Shown: positions 1 through 14,466, counted from the first letter of the stretch. The stretch: 64,000 bases of DNA from Eledone cirrhosa (GCA_964016885.1 CAXHJY010001421.1:1-64000); one strand, 5' to 3'. Notes: generated from the sequence alone by a model not told the origin. A program made the numbers and translations.

Positions 1-130
1 TGGAAAAAATGAGTATTTACTCATCTTTTTCCATTTCTTTGGGGATTCTAAACCTCACTATCAGGTTAAAATTTCTTTAGTAAAAAATACGGCGAAAGCT
101 TCTTTTTCTAATTATATATATGTATATATA

Positions 131-735
131 CAAAGCATAAAGGAATTGAGAGAGAGACTGAGCATAAGAGGAATCAAATGCTGCGTGCAGGAGAGGCGGT
201 TACGCTGGTATGGACATGTGATGCGTATGAAGGATGACAGCTGCATAAAAAGGTGCAGAGCACTAGAAGTTGATGGAAACCGCGGAGTGGGGAGACCCAA
301 GATGACTTGGGATGAGGTGATAAAAGCCGACCTTACCCAACTACACCTCTCAAAGACAATGACACACGACCGTGACTTCTGGCGTCACGCAGTAATACAG
401 GGTACCCGACCTCCCATGGGTACATGCTGAAGCATATAAACAATATTCCCCCACTCCCCCCACCGCAAGGTGGTCGTGGAGGTGCCACGGCAAAAAAGCA
501 CCCAGCCCACACTGTAAAGTGGACGTGTAGGCGCCACGAAAAAGCACCCAGCACTCACTGTAAATGAGGTTGGTGTTAGGAAGGGCATCCAGCTGTAGAA
601 ATCAAGCCAGATCAGTTCCTGTATGAGCAAGGCATGGTCAGCCGACCAGACACTGCCCACAACAAGACAACCCGTCTAACCCATGCTAGCGTGGAAGAAC
701 GGACGTAAAACGGTGATGATGATGATGATGATGAT
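131..735 (+). mobile_element. RTE-clade LINE, 3' fragment (end of ORF2, 3'UTR, (GAT)n tail)
   Basis: ORF 146-430 has [27 protein letters not shown], typical of the RTE C-terminus; ends in (GAT)n; nearly identical to the inverted copy at 61540-62064. Confidence 0.9.
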
Positions 736-833
736 ATACATATATATATATATTGTATGTATGTTTATATATATACATACATTCAGACAAATGTACATAT
801 ATATACATACATATATATATATATACATACATG

Positions 834-880
<47 letters not shown>

Positions 881-1210
881 GCATCGTTTAACGTCCATCT
901 TCCACGCTTGCATGGGTTTGGACGGGAATTTCCCACTTGAGGCAAGAGTGGTTGTCTTGCTCGCATAGGACTGTCTGGCGGGTTTTCTACGACTGGATGC
1001 CCTTCCTAACACCAACCACGTTTACAGTGTGGACTGGGAGGTTTTTACCGTGTTACCTACACGGCCACATTACAGCATGGACTGTGTGTTTTTTGTCATG
1101 ACACCTACACGACCTCATTTATTTTGGACTGGATGTTGTGGTACCAACATAACTTTACATCAAAAGGGGTGGTGTGGATGGGGTGGGGGTAGTGGGCCGG
1201 GTGTGTATTT
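834..1210 (-). mobile_element. RTE LINE 3'UTR fragment
   Basis: (CAT)n tail followed by the reverse complement of the 3'UTR seen at 9030-9436 and 59430-59781. Confidence 0.85.
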
Positions 1211-1599
1211 TTTTTTTGTATGTATGCATACACATACATACACACACACATACATATATCATATATACACATACATATACATAAACAGTTGGTGAAGGCC
1301 ATGAACCTTGAAGTAACTTGTTTTTGAAGGAAGTATTTGACTATATGATAAGTTGGTCTGTTGATATCATGTGCTTGAAGTCAACATCTCTTTCAAGTCA
1401 TTCACCCATTAATGTCACCCTGTCAGACTCCTGAACCACTACATCAAAATGTCTCTTATATTAAACTTATTAACTAACCTTTTTCATATCTGACTGACTG
1501 CCCTACCCACTCAACTCCACTTCTGCAATACAAAATTGTTCGTTTTAAAAGTGTTTTAATTTATCTAAAACTTTTCTATCATAATTTTACATAATTTTA

Positions 1600-2027
1600 C
1601 AGAACTGTACTTTGGCTGGGAATTTTTATAGCTGGATGCTTTTCCTAACACCTACCAAGTTTACAGTGTGGAACTGGGTGGCACTGTTATGAGACAAGTC
1701 TGGCCAATTGGCCACACCATACCTTACTCAAATGGAACTGTATTTTGGCAGGACTTTTTACAGCTTGGATGCCTTTCCTAATACCAACCGTGTTTACAGT
1801 GTAGAACTGGGGGGACCTGCTATGAAGCAAGTCTGGCCAGATGGGTGTGCTATATCTTTTCCTAACACCTACCACATTTACAGAGTGGAACTGGGTGGCA
1901 CCATTATGAGGAGCGTCTGTCCAGTTGGCAGCAACATACCCTGCTCACAGCAGAACCTTATTTTGGTAGTGGGTGATCCCATTATGAGGGAGGTCTGGCC
2001 AGTTGGACGTGACATGCCTTGCTCATA
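1600..2027 (-). repeat. Degenerate tandem array of RTE-3'UTR-like modules
   Basis: Repeated ggatgccttt-cctaacacc-tttacagtgtggaactggg-gtctggcc units; flanked by an imperfect direct repeat (1551-1583 vs 2028-2060). Confidence 0.55.
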
Positions 2028-2598
2028 GTGTTTCTATTTATCTAAAAACCTTCCTTCATAGTTTTAAGGGCGAAACTTTATTATATAAGTTATTTTCTAA
2101 ACACCAATCCATTTTAACCAGGTGAGTGGACAAGAGTAACGAAAAATAAAGTGTCTTGCTCAAGGGCACAACATGCCACTAGAAATCAAAATTATGACCT
2201 TACAACCATGTCTGAGTACTTTAAACATTAAGCCAAATGTCTTCACTATGGACATGTAATATCTGTTATTTTATTACATTTATGTATGCATCTTCATGCA
2301 TATATGTACAGTGACAATTCAATGCACGGCTATAAGCTGAAACCCTATTATTACACACATGCGTGTATGTAAGCATGTGCACGTGTGTGTGCATGTAAAC
2401 TTATGAACATATATTCCTCAATGGCTTTAGCTATGTCTGATTCTTCTTCTCCTTCTCTTTCTTTATACACATTATGTGTATGTACGTACATATATATGAG
2501 GGTGGTATATATACATATATATACATGCACATATAATATATTCATATATATTCATATCATCTATGTAGCATAATGCCGGCGTGTACATGCATATATAT

Positions 2599-2692
<94 letters not shown>

Positions 2693-2806
2693 CTTGATAT
2701 CTATATATATATGTAATATATATGTGAGTGTGGGTGGGTGGGTGTATATGATAGAGCAAGATGAATAAAGATATCAATATATATTTACATCCGCTGTCGA
2801 ACGTCA

Positions 2807-3100
2807 ATAAAAGAAGAAAAGAAAGAAAGAAATCAAGGATGAAAGAAAAGAAAAAGAAAGAAAGAAGGAAAGAAAGAAAGAAGGTAAAAAAGAAAGAAAG
2901 AAAGAAAGAAAGACAGAAAGAAGGTAAAAAAGAAAGAAAGACAGTGAAAGAAAGAAGGAAAGAAAGAAAAAAACAAAGAAAGAAAAAGAAAGAAAGAAAA
3001 AAGAAAGGAAAAAAGAAAGAAAGAAAGAAAGGTAAGGAAAAAAGAAAGAAAGAAAGAAAGGAAGAACGAAAGAAAGAAGGAAGGAAAGAAAGAAAGAAAG
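2807..3100. repeat. (GAAA)n purine-rich microsatellite
   Basis: Direct inspection. Confidence 0.95.
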
Positions 3101-3524
3101 GTGGGTGTCAGGTTGGAAAATTTTGGAGCGGCAATGAAAGATGTGTACGAAATGATTTTTCTCAAAATTATAGCATTTCCGCGATAACAGGCCGTAATTC
3201 ATGAAAAGTCAAGGAAGTGGTGGAGAACATCTTCCCCGTTGGAGGGGGACATGGTGTGTGGGGCGGGATGGGGGAGAATACTTGGCCTGATTATAGCTTT
3301 ATGGCTGTTTCCTCTGATATATGCTATGCCAGTAACAACCCACCACATCATCTGCACTACCACTGCACCAACACCAACATCATGGCAGCCGTGCAGTGAA
3401 TGAATGCATAAAAGATGAGATGCAAGATGTGAGATGAAAGTTGTCAATCATGTTTATTTCTGCTGTATGCACAATATATCTGTATATATATATCTGTATA
3501 TATATATCTGTATATATATATATA

Positions 3525-3532
3525 TTGGCAGT

Positions 3533-3569
<37 letters not shown>

Positions 3570-3602
3570 CAGTAGATATATATATATATATATATTGGCA
3601 GT

Positions 3603-3657
<55 letters not shown>

Positions 3658-3709
3658 CAGTAGATATATATATATATATTGGCAGTAGATATATATATAT
3701 ATTGGCAGT

Positions 3710-3750
<41 letters not shown>
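3525..3750. repeat. Compound repeat TTGGCAGTAGA-(TA)n, 6 copies
   Basis: Motif at 3525, 3566, 3595, 3654, 3679, 3702 separated by variable TA runs. Confidence 0.9.
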
Positions 3751-3762
<12 letters not shown>

Positions 3763-3985
3763 CATAGTATATATATACATACATATTACATATATATATA
3801 TATATGTATGTATATATGCATATATATATATACATATATATATACATACATATTACATATATATATATATATCTGTATGCATATATAATCAGAATGTGGT
3901 AATATGTGTGCATAGAGAAATATACTTGTAAGCAAAGCATCTATGTGTATGCGAAGTGTGTATATCATACAAATATATGTGTATG

Positions 3986-4017
<32 letters not shown>

Positions 4018-4151
4018 CATGTAAAGTTATATTTAAAATTGTTGGGTTACAACTAGTAAATATTTATAACTGATATAAAAGCACTCGACAAATACTTGGA
4101 GTATATTTACAATATTAAATAAATGGAAAACTATATTTATAAAACCATATT

Positions 4152-4217
4152 TATTTCATTATATATATTTCGGGGATATCATATTAACAATATGCTATGC
4201 CTTCATCAGACAAAATA
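4152..4217 (-). ncRNA. Type I hammerhead ribozyme motif (inverted copy)
   Basis: Reverse complement of 4353-4418. Confidence 0.7.
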
Positions 4218-4352
4218 CAATATAAACAGTTTTATAGATAAATATATTCGACATACCGTAATAAACATCAACTTCAGAGTGAACCTCTTCAAATGAAGTT
4301 GATGTTTATTACGGTATGTCGAATATATTTATCTATAAAACTGTTTATATTG

Positions 4353-4418
4353 TATTTTGTCTGATGAAGGCATAGCATATTGTTAATATGATATCCCCGA
4401 AATATATATAATGAAATA
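4353..4418 (+). ncRNA. Type I hammerhead ribozyme motif
   Basis: Stem I uauuuugu/augaaaua, CUGAUGA 4361-4367, imperfect stem II, GAAA 4399-4402, palindromic UAUAUA stem III, AUA triplet. Confidence 0.72.
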
Positions 4419-4456
4419 AATATGGTTTTATAAATATAGTTTTCCATTTATTTAAT

Positions 4457-4539
<83 letters not shown>

Positions 4540-4660
4540 GTATATATATATATATTTCTGTTTACCTTTTACATACATATATATATATATATATTTATAT
4601 ATTATATATATATTTATATATATAATTATATATATATATATATAATATTTATTTATATTT

Positions 4661-4695
<35 letters not shown>

Positions 4696-4707
4696 AAATA
4701 TATATAT

Positions 4708-4896
4708 AACAATGGAATTGTGGTAAGGAACCAGATGGACCATAATGCACCAGAGTACTCAATACTTAGGGTAGTAGAGTGGGAAATAGGAAAACGTATG
4801 ACCCCGACTGCAGAGCTCAAGCCGTTTCGACGGTTATTTCTGGAGTCCAGAAATAGCCGTCGAAGCAGCTTGAGCTCTGCCGTTGGGGTCATACTT

Positions 4897-4900
<4 letters not shown>
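4708..4900 (-). mobile_element. Fold-back element, family C (probable PLE pLTR remnant)
   Basis: Near-perfect palindrome about 4790-4900 centred at 4845, plus a one-sided tail; homologs at 14506, 56858, 60678. Confidence 0.6.
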
Positions 4901-4976
<76 letters not shown>

Positions 4977-5288
4977 TTATATATTATATATATATATATG
5001 TGTGCAACATATTCAGTTTTATAAAATGCAACATTCTCAGTTTTATAAAATGTAAAATGTCCTCTCTCATAAGTCAGATACAAATGCCATATACACTAAC
5101 AGTCCATCACACACATGCACACGCACACACATGCACACGCACACACATGCACACGCGCACACATGCACACACATAGCTATGTTCTTGTAGATTCAAACTG
5201 ATGCATATGTACAAATATTCACACTCTCATATACACATACATATATAGTTACACTTATATATATGTATACATACATATATAGATACAC

Positions 5289-5325
<37 letters not shown>

Positions 5326-5380
5326 TGAGAGAGAGATAGATATCGATGTAGATATATATCTATACATATATATATCTATT

Positions 5381-5412
<32 letters not shown>

Positions 5413-5481
5413 CGCACACACATATAGTTACACATGCCCTTTAATTTTCTATCTATCGCTTGCTCTCTTGACTCACTCTGA

Positions 5482-5515
<34 letters not shown>

Positions 5516-5858
5516 TTCTATATATATATATATATATAACACTATATATATATATATATGACACTATACATATATATATATATAACACTATATAACCCAT
5601 GCTAGTGTGGAAGAACAGACGTAAAATGGTGATGATGAACACTATATATATATATATATATCAATATCTACCTTTTCATTCCCCCCCCCCTCACCCCATC
5701 TGCTCTGCTGTCAATATAGATGAGCACTGTCCTGTCACATCCTCAAAGACTGGATCTTGTCAAAATACCTGAACCGTCATATTCCATCCAAGCAATACAA
5801 TATCATGTATGAAATACTTCCAGCAAACAACAAGATAAACTAAAACATGCACAATATA

Positions 5859-5890
<32 letters not shown>

Positions 5891-5906
5891 ATTATATATA
5901 TATATA

Positions 5907-6899
<993 letters not shown>

Positions 6900-6904
6900 A
6901 ATAA

Positions 6905-7650
6905 TGATGGCTGCGCGTTGCAAATGGTGGTGCATATGAAAAAGTAAGTCCTTCATCAGTGACCCTCCAACCGTCCCAGGCATTTCATCGCTTTAAGGGC
7001 CATATGCCTCAGGTTGGTGCGAACAACGGCTAAAAAAAGTCGTTGGGACACGTAAACAAAGGGGACGCCAGGGTAACAAACAAAAAGGTTTAAGCAACGG
7101 AAAGTGAGAAGAAATAGACAAGTCCCAGATCTCTATGAATATAAACTCGGTGAAATCGTGAACAAGAGACAAAAGACCATCAAACCTGGTTGAAATGTGA
7201 GCAAGGAAAGATATCGCCTGGAAATAAGCTCAAAGATAAATCCGAGCACTTTATAATAACTAGAAATTGATTAACATATAAATATACATGAATAATCACA
7301 GGAGATAATTTTTACACCTATTCACGCCACTGAAACGAAGCCGCTGTCATGTGTAGACGCAACACGTAGTAGCGGCCAGATGAGGATTTGAACTCGTTGT
7401 GTGAGGATGGATAGCTGGACATTATTATTCTTCCTTGTTGACAATCCAATAATATCCACTTTCCGTGACTTACCATCTGATTAATTGGTGAAATATATTT
7501 CTTTAATGGGATATATACAAGGAAGGTTAATCATACTTAAAGGTATAAATTTAATTATTACCCAAACTAGCTATGCGTGGTTACACACGTGTAAAAATTA
7601 TCTCCTGTGATTATTCATGTATATTTATATGTTAATCAATTTCTAGTTAT

Positions 7651-7654
<4 letters not shown>
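6905..7654 (-). mobile_element. Unclassified fold-back element (PLE-like architecture)
   Basis: Perfect 66-bp inverted repeat 7252-7317 / 7589-7654 with a one-sided extension to 6905. Confidence 0.45.
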
Positions 7655-7681
<27 letters not shown>

Positions 7682-7807
7682 GCAACTTCTTTTTTCGTCT
7701 TTAAGAGTCTTCACTCTATTTTATACTATCCCCATGCATGTGCACACCACTGGCGTAGCAGCATCATAATTAACTGCTACAAGAGTAAAGGAGATGGGAG
7801 AAACTAT

Positions 7808-9387
7808 TGGAGAAAGCATTATTTGACAGAGTCCCACGCCCCATTATCTGGTGGGCTCTCAGAAAACTAGGTGTTGATGAATGGCTTGTGAGAGCTATAA
7901 AAGCCATGTATAAAGAAACAGTCAGCAAGGTTAGAATTAACAACGAATATAGGGAAGAGTTTAGTGTAAAAGTTGGTGTTCATCAGGGTTCTGTCCTTAG
8001 CCCCCTCCTATTTATTATTGCCCTTCAGGCTATAACAGAGGAGTTCAAGACCGGCTGCCCATGGGAACGTCTATATGCAGATGATCTAATGCTCATAGCT
8101 GAATCAATGGCTGAACTAGAGAAGAAATTCCAAACATGGAAGCATAGCCTAGAATCAAAAGGCCTTAAAGTTAACTTGTCTAAGACTAAAGTTCTAGTAT
8201 GTAGGAAGGAAAATAGAACACAGGTCCCCTCTGGGAAATGGCCATGCTCAGTGTGTAGGAAAGGAGTAAGCAGAAATTCCATTTTATGTCCCAAATACAA
8301 AGTATGGGTGTATAAAAGATGTAGTGGGATCACAGGTAAGCTATCTTAGAATGTGGCCAGTGCTCAGGTGCAATAAGTAGCAAGTTCCCACAGGATACTA
8401 GCTCCTTCTATTGCCCAGATAGCTCTATAGAAATAGTGGACACCTTCCGTTACCTGGGTGACAAAATCAGCAATGTGGAGGGTGCTCCGAAAGTACTGTA
8501 GCTAGAGTCAGAACGGGATGGAAAAAGTTCAGAGAGCTTATACCACTATTGGCCGCTAAAGGTTTCTCTCTAAAAATGAAAGGCAGAATGTATGATGCCT
8601 GCATACGAACAGCTATGTTACATGGCAGTGAGACCTGGACATTGTGTGCAGAGGATCTGCGCAGACTGGAGAGGAACGAAGCATGCATGCTCCGCTGGAT
8701 GTGTAATCGTAATATACGTGAACAGCAAAGGATAAATGAACTAAGTGAGAAATTAGGTATAAGAGGGATCAGATGCTGTTTACTCGAGAGAAGACTACGT
8801 TGTTATGGTCACATGATGAAAGACGACAGCTGTATAAAAAATTGATAGAAGCTACAGAGTAGGCAGACCCAGAAAAACCTGGAACGATTTGATAAATTCC
8901 GACCTTACACACTTACACCTCTCTAAGACAATGTCACTGGACCAAGATCTTTGGCGCTACGCAGTAATACAGAAAACCCGCCTTGCCTAAGTACAAAGCG
9001 AAACCTACAGTCAGTAGGCACCTCTTAATCAAATATACACCACTATCCCACTACCCCAACTCCCCCCACCCCCATCAACACCACCCCTTTCGCTGTAAAG
9101 TTATGTTGGTACCACAACATCGAGTCCAAATAAATGAGGTCGTGTAGGTGTCACGACAAAAAAACACACAGTCCACACTGTAATGTGGCCATGTAGGTAA
9201 CACATTAAAAACCTCCCAGGCCACACTGTAAATGTGGTTGGTGTTAGGAAGGGCATCCAGCCGTAGAAAACCTGCCAGGCAGTCCTATACGAGTGAGATG
9301 ACCAATCTAGCCTCAAGTGCGACAATTCTCGTCTAAACCCATGCTAACGTGGAAGATAGACGTTAAACGATGATGATGATGATGACA

Positions 9388-9436
<49 letters not shown>
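7808..9436 (+). pseudogene. Degenerate 5'-truncated RTE LINE (RT with YADD, frameshifts, 3'UTR, (GAT)n tail)
   Basis: ORFs 7807-8349 ([18 protein letters not shown]) and 8549-8845; paralogous to 58179-59781. Confidence 0.92.
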
Positions 9437-9437
<1 letters not shown>

Positions 9438-9578
9438 GGTTTGTAATGTCCAGTTATTGTAATCACCAGAATGAGCACCCGGTGCGTAGTTTCCAGTAAG
9501 TATGAGAGGTGTAGTACTAAGCAGAGTGTAATAGTAATAATAAAAAGTACGATTTGTTATGTCTTCATTACGTTTATT

Positions 9579-9669
9579 GAGTAGTGACACGTGTTCGCTA
9601 TTGATCAGCTCAAGGTTCGATCTGTATTGATCTGGCCCGACTTTGGAATCAAAAGCTCATCAGACTTCT
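9579..9669 (-). ncRNA. Hammerhead ribozyme motif, long stem II, one A missing from GAAA
   Basis: gaagu-CUGAUGA-gcuuuugau..aucaauagc-GAA-CACGUG-UC-acu; palindromic stem III; inside a PLE-like remnant at about 9437-9690. Confidence 0.55.
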
Positions 9670-9721
9670 GTTATGATAATGTTATATATACGTAAATAAG
9701 ATCATTATTGTTCCAATCCAA

Positions 9722-9912
9722 GGGCAGTAGATTGGCAGTATCAGTAGAGGTTCAGACATGCTTTGCGGGATAGAATTACGGCCCTTTATAATCTGAGTTC
9801 AAATCCTGCCGAGGTTAACTTTGCCTTTCATCCTTACAGGGTCAATAAAATAAAGTACCAGTAATGTACTGGGATAATTGCTGGCCTTGTGCCAAAAGTA
9901 GAAACAATTATT
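9722..9912 (+). mobile_element. tRNA-derived SINE family 2 (~185 bp)
   Basis: A box TGGCAGTATCAG, B box GAGTTCAAATC, conserved CTTTGCCTTTCATCCTT..AAAATAAAGTACCAG domain; at least 10 copies in the window. Confidence 0.85.
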
Positions 9913-10397
9913 GCTCCAATTAGTCCACAAACACTGAGCAAACACCTAAACAAAATGTCAAACTGCACTTATGACTCCTGTTAAATCAATCCATGACCCA
10001 CCCTCTAAATTTGGCAAACCAAACGTGGTAATACTATCAATATATACAATAAATTATTAGCAGTGGAGTTTGATTTCATTCTCTGTAAACTACTGGTATG
10101 TCCTATACCTGTGCTATTATCAGGGCTAACTAGATAGCCACCTAAGATACTGACATGAGAAAAGTGCATTTGATCAAATTGATCAACAAGATCCCAGCGT
10201 TATTCACTTACCGAGTGAAGTGAAACTTGTCAAATCAGACCAATCAAACTAGGGAAACAATGTTTCCATTGGTCTTTCCATTGCTGATACTATCTACTGG
10301 TTGCAACTCCTGGCAATTTTAAATGAGGAAAAGCTTTGCACGGGGCCAGTTCCACTTGCTGAGGATGGAATTGCCACGAAAAAAAAACTTTATTGGA

Positions 10398-10575
10398 TGG
10401 CCGTTGACTCTCCTGAGTTCATCGGGCCTTGGTTTTGTCATTCATCATGCAGGGTGTCCAAATTCACCCTCCTCACCAAGCAGGCTTGGTGGGGTTGCCA
10501 GTTTAGTCACCAACAACCCCAACATGCACAGATGTACTGGGTTACATGTTACCATTAGCATTGAAGAGCAGCCTG
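10398..10575 (+). mobile_element. Fragment related to the 5' part of the (CATA)n-associated non-autonomous element
   Basis: caccctcctcaccaag..cttggtg..gttgccagtttagtc matches the reverse complement of 47220-47355. Confidence 0.55.
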
Positions 10576-10679
10576 ACATATATACATACATACACACACA
10601 CACATGCATACCTACATACATAATACATAGATATATACATAATAAATTTATACATATATACATAATACATTTATACATA

Positions 10680-11046
10680 CATGGTGGCTGCCAACTCGTT
10701 TTCGAGTATGGCCACTACTTTATATCCATGTAGGAGGACCCCTACCAATGCGTTGAACGAATGTGACTTTTTAGTCCAGCCAGCGACTTGAAAACTCTGG
10801 TACAAACACTACACTTGTGACAATTATTGACACATAGTGCTGGGCCCATGGTACCATGTGACGACAAGTGCAGAGAGATCTCCAGATATAAAGCAATGCC
10901 TGTGCTGTGAAGCTTTTATAGTGAGCAAAGGCACTGCACAAAGCCAGTCCCACTCTCTTAACCAAGATGATATTTACCAAAAAGAAGAACAATTCAACAT
11001 CATTGGATACCATCAGGGTTGCAGGTGTTATATCAGAGTTTTCCTA
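10680..11046 (-). mobile_element. Non-coding non-autonomous retroelement (RTE-like ends), 5'-truncated, in a (CATA)n tract
   Basis: High identity to 46795-47159; flanked by CATA repeats. Confidence 0.7.
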
Positions 11047-11255
11047 TACATACATACATACATGCATACATACATACAATTATATAAAATGTGTTAATTA
11101 ATCCATTATCAGCACCAGTCTCACTATCTTTAAGATAGCATGTTTACACAAATTTCATCATTATCATCCTAAACATTTTACCACAACATGAGTTGGAGTT
11201 TGAATGAGTCTGTATACATATATATATATATATATATATATATGCATATATATAC

Positions 11256-11332
<77 letters not shown>

Positions 11333-11346
11333 TATATATACATATG

Positions 11347-11397
<51 letters not shown>

Positions 11398-11826
11398 TAT
11401 ATATGTATGTATAAACACACACACACACATTTATATATATATATATATATGTATTGCCTGTATACATTCATGTTGTTATTTCAGCAGACATGATTTAATT
11501 GGCTAGCGATGATCACATGATTAATATACTCTGTAAATACGATGTTTTCCTTCCTCACTTCCTTCCTTCCACCTCTCTCTCTCTCTCTTCCCCCCATCTT
11601 CTTTACTTCCTTCCTTTCTTAGTCATCTATTGTTTGGTCCCTCTTATATTATAAGCTATACTCTCAATGTTCCAATGTTGTTTTCTGGCATTCTTGTTCT
11701 TGTTTTCTACTACACAGTATCCTATTGTTGTTGTTGCTGTTGTTGTTGGTTGGGATGGCTGGTTGGTTATTTAGTAGAACCACTATTTTTTCATGTATTA
11801 ACATACTGTATATACTTTGTCCATAT

Positions 11827-11859
<33 letters not shown>

Positions 11860-11862
11860 CAC

Positions 11863-11933
<71 letters not shown>

Positions 11934-11952
11934 ATATACATATATGTATATG

Positions 11953-12022
<70 letters not shown>

Positions 12023-12071
12023 TATATATATATATATAGATAGATATATATATATACACACACACACACTC

Positions 12072-12103
<32 letters not shown>

Positions 12104-12409
12104 AAGTATATACATGTATATACATATGCTCACACAAACTGTGGTTATTTTTGATATTTCGTGTGGGCAAATTTTTGTATTATTTTTGCTGGGCTCTTTC
12201 TTGTCAGTCTTTACATATCTGTGAAATGATTTTTCCTTGTGCTTCTGGTATATAGATGTTTATTGTGTTCTACAATTGTTCTAGAACAAAGTGTTCAAAA
12301 ATGTCTATTTTCAGATTTTTATATATCTTGTTCAATCTATCACAACCTCATGCAGATTTTCACAAACAACGAGCAATGGAAGAGAGAAGATGAAGGAGAG
12401 AGAAAGAGT

Positions 12410-12740
12410 GTGGGAGAGTAGCGGAGTTAGAGAAAGGGAGAGTAGTGGAGTTAGAGAAAGGGAGAGTAGTGGAGTTAGAGAAAGGGAGAGTAGTGGAGTT
12501 AGAGAAAGGGAGAGTAGTGGAGTTAGAGAGAGGGAGAGTAGTGGAGTTAGAGAGAGGGAGAGAATTGGTAGAGTTAGAGAGAGGGAGAGTAGTGGAGTTA
12601 GAGAGAGGGAGAGAATTGGAAAAGTTAGAGAGCGAGAGAGAGAGAGAGTAGTGGAGTTAGAGAGAGGGAGAGAATTGATAGAGTTAGAGAGAGAGAGAGT
12701 AATGGAGTTAGAGAGAGGGAGAGTAGTGGAGTTAGAGAGT
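12410..12740. repeat. 24-bp minisatellite GAGAGTAGTGGAGTTAGAGAAAGG
   Basis: Direct tandem units; explains the ESSGVRER pseudo-ORF. Confidence 0.9.
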
Positions 12741-13049
12741 AGCAAAGATAGAGAAAAAGGAGAATATCAGAGATAGAGGGAGAGAGAGAGAGAGTCGCAG
12801 AGATAGAGTATCAGGGATAGAGAGAGGGAGAATAGCAGAGAGAGAGTAGCAGAGATAGAGAGTGATGAAGTTAATGAGAGAGTGCAAGGAGTGAGTGTGA
12901 GGCTTGTATGTATTTACTTGAATAAACAGACATACATGAATAAAAAAAAATCCATTTACACATGTATACACATACGCATATACATACAGTCATATATACA
13001 CATATACAGGCATATATGCACATACACATATACAGGTGGGCATTTATGC

Positions 13050-13180
13050 ATATACACATACACAGGCAGTCATATATACACATACACAGGCAGTCATATA
13101 TATACATACACAGGCAGTCATATATACATGTACACATACACAGACCGTCATATATACACATTCACAGGCCATCATATATA
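13050..13180. repeat. ~24-bp minisatellite CATATATACACATACACAGGCAGT
   Basis: About 5 tandem units. Confidence 0.8.
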
Positions 13181-13399
13181 CACATATATATGTGCATACA
13201 TGCACACACACATACATACACTTACACCCACATGTTTATATATATATATATATATATATATCAACATCATCATCATTGTCGTTTTAACCTCCACTTTCCC
13301 TGCTAGCAAGGGTTGGACCTATAAATATATATATATATACGTATATATATATGTGTGTGTGTGAATATATATATGTAAAATGTACATATATAATATACA

Positions 13400-14128
13400 T
13401 CTGCTAAAGTCCCTTCTCAGCTGTGAAAACATTTTGCTATTGTGCTGCACAACTGCGATCTTGTCGACCCTCTCGCACTGTGGAACAACCACCGTGAAAG
13501 TCTAGCTGAGGACATCCTCCACCGCACACGCAGACACAATCCAAATGTAACATACGCTGTCGTTTTCAATGAGGCGCTCATTTGTCTTGAAAACAGTGAC
13601 CTGGAGATTGGTGGTAGGCCTCTAAGTCACTACAGCTTACCTGCTCCTGACAGGAGTGTCCAGAGGTCAACATCTACAGAGCTTCTCCGCAAGACAAGCT
13701 ACGAGATCAGTGATTCTCCCATGGTCAATTGTATGTAGGATGCTCTAGGGTGCGCTTCCCAAACAATCTCTTCATCTTTGCTCCAGAGGGCCGAACAAAA
13801 AATATTGTATACTCTGAGGCTCTAACAATGTAATTTAAATATTTTCTGTTACTTGGAATTTCCATTATGGTTGTACAAAATATTGTTTGTTAAAAAAATT
13901 GTTCTCTGTTCAGCTTTTATTGTTGTAATTATCAATTTTCTTTAAAGTACTGGCTGCTGAACTGGGGAATCTTAAAAACTATTCAAACCCAACATTAGAG
14001 CATGTTAACCCCCTCCCCTCGCTGACTTGAGAGGGCCTGTGGTATATTTGTACAGGAGTGTAGGGGGATTCCTGAAAAGATAAAATGCCAGTATGCCTAG
14101 CCGAATGCCAGCCGGACAGGCCAACTAG
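13400..14128 (+). mobile_element. Internally deleted Helitron (Rep-helicase linker, Pif1 helicase C-terminus, 3' hairpin and CTAG)
   Basis: PSQL*KHFAIV..DPLALW..LAEDIL..NEALICLE..GGRPLSHYSLPAP joined to FSHGQLYVGCSRV..TKNIVYSEAL* (13714-13833); GC-rich sub-terminal segment then CTAG|T at 14125-14128. Confidence 0.85.
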
Positions 14129-14137
14129 TATATATAT

Positions 14138-14464
14138 AAAGTAAAGAGCCCCTTGGATAACAAATGACCATGAGATTTGTACCTAGAAAGTTCCCCTCTG
14201 ATGAGCAAGTCTAGGCATGGGTGTTTGTGGAAGACCAGCAGTCACCCAAGCATACCTGTCTCCCAACTCCTTGCAATCATTGTTCTCCAAGGCTGGTACA
14301 GCTTGGCACTAGTAATGTTGCAACTCATTTCTATAGCTGAATAGACTGGAGCAATATTAAATAAAGTGTCTTGTTCAAGGACACCAACACTTCCCACAGT
14401 CCAGGAAACAAACTCACAACCTGGCCATTGCAAGTCGAATACTCTATCTACTAAGCAATGCACC
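14138..14464 (-). mobile_element. Older CORE-type SINE with a different 3' tail
   Basis: Degenerate tRNA head and CORE-like cttgaacaagacacttta..gctccagtctattcagctatagaaatgag on the - strand. Confidence 0.6.
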
Positions 14465-14466
14465 AT

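Larger units (their letters stand above)
4023..4462 (-). mobile_element. Penelope-like pLTR remnant with inverted duplication (family A)
   Basis: About 169-bp inverted arms 4108-4276 / 4293-4462, each carrying a hammerhead; homologous to 17207-17492 and 19645-20003. Confidence 0.7.

Noticed and set aside
3217-3399. Short ORF in unique sequence
   Set aside because: No homology or splice evidence recognisable by eye
6905-6968. Hammerhead on the - strand (CUGAUGA at 6953-6959)
   Set aside because: GAAA replaced by GCAA and no convincing stem I or II
10837-11097. Duplicated ORF MLGPWYHVTT.. (also 46903-47190) as a small gene
   Set aside because: Lies in a dispersed repeat, frames differ between copies and no domain is recognisable
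14190-14225. CUGAUGA in the SINE tail; similar isolated cores near 15894, 39483, 61483 and 63135
   Set aside because: No properly placed GAAA or stems; consistent with chance matches
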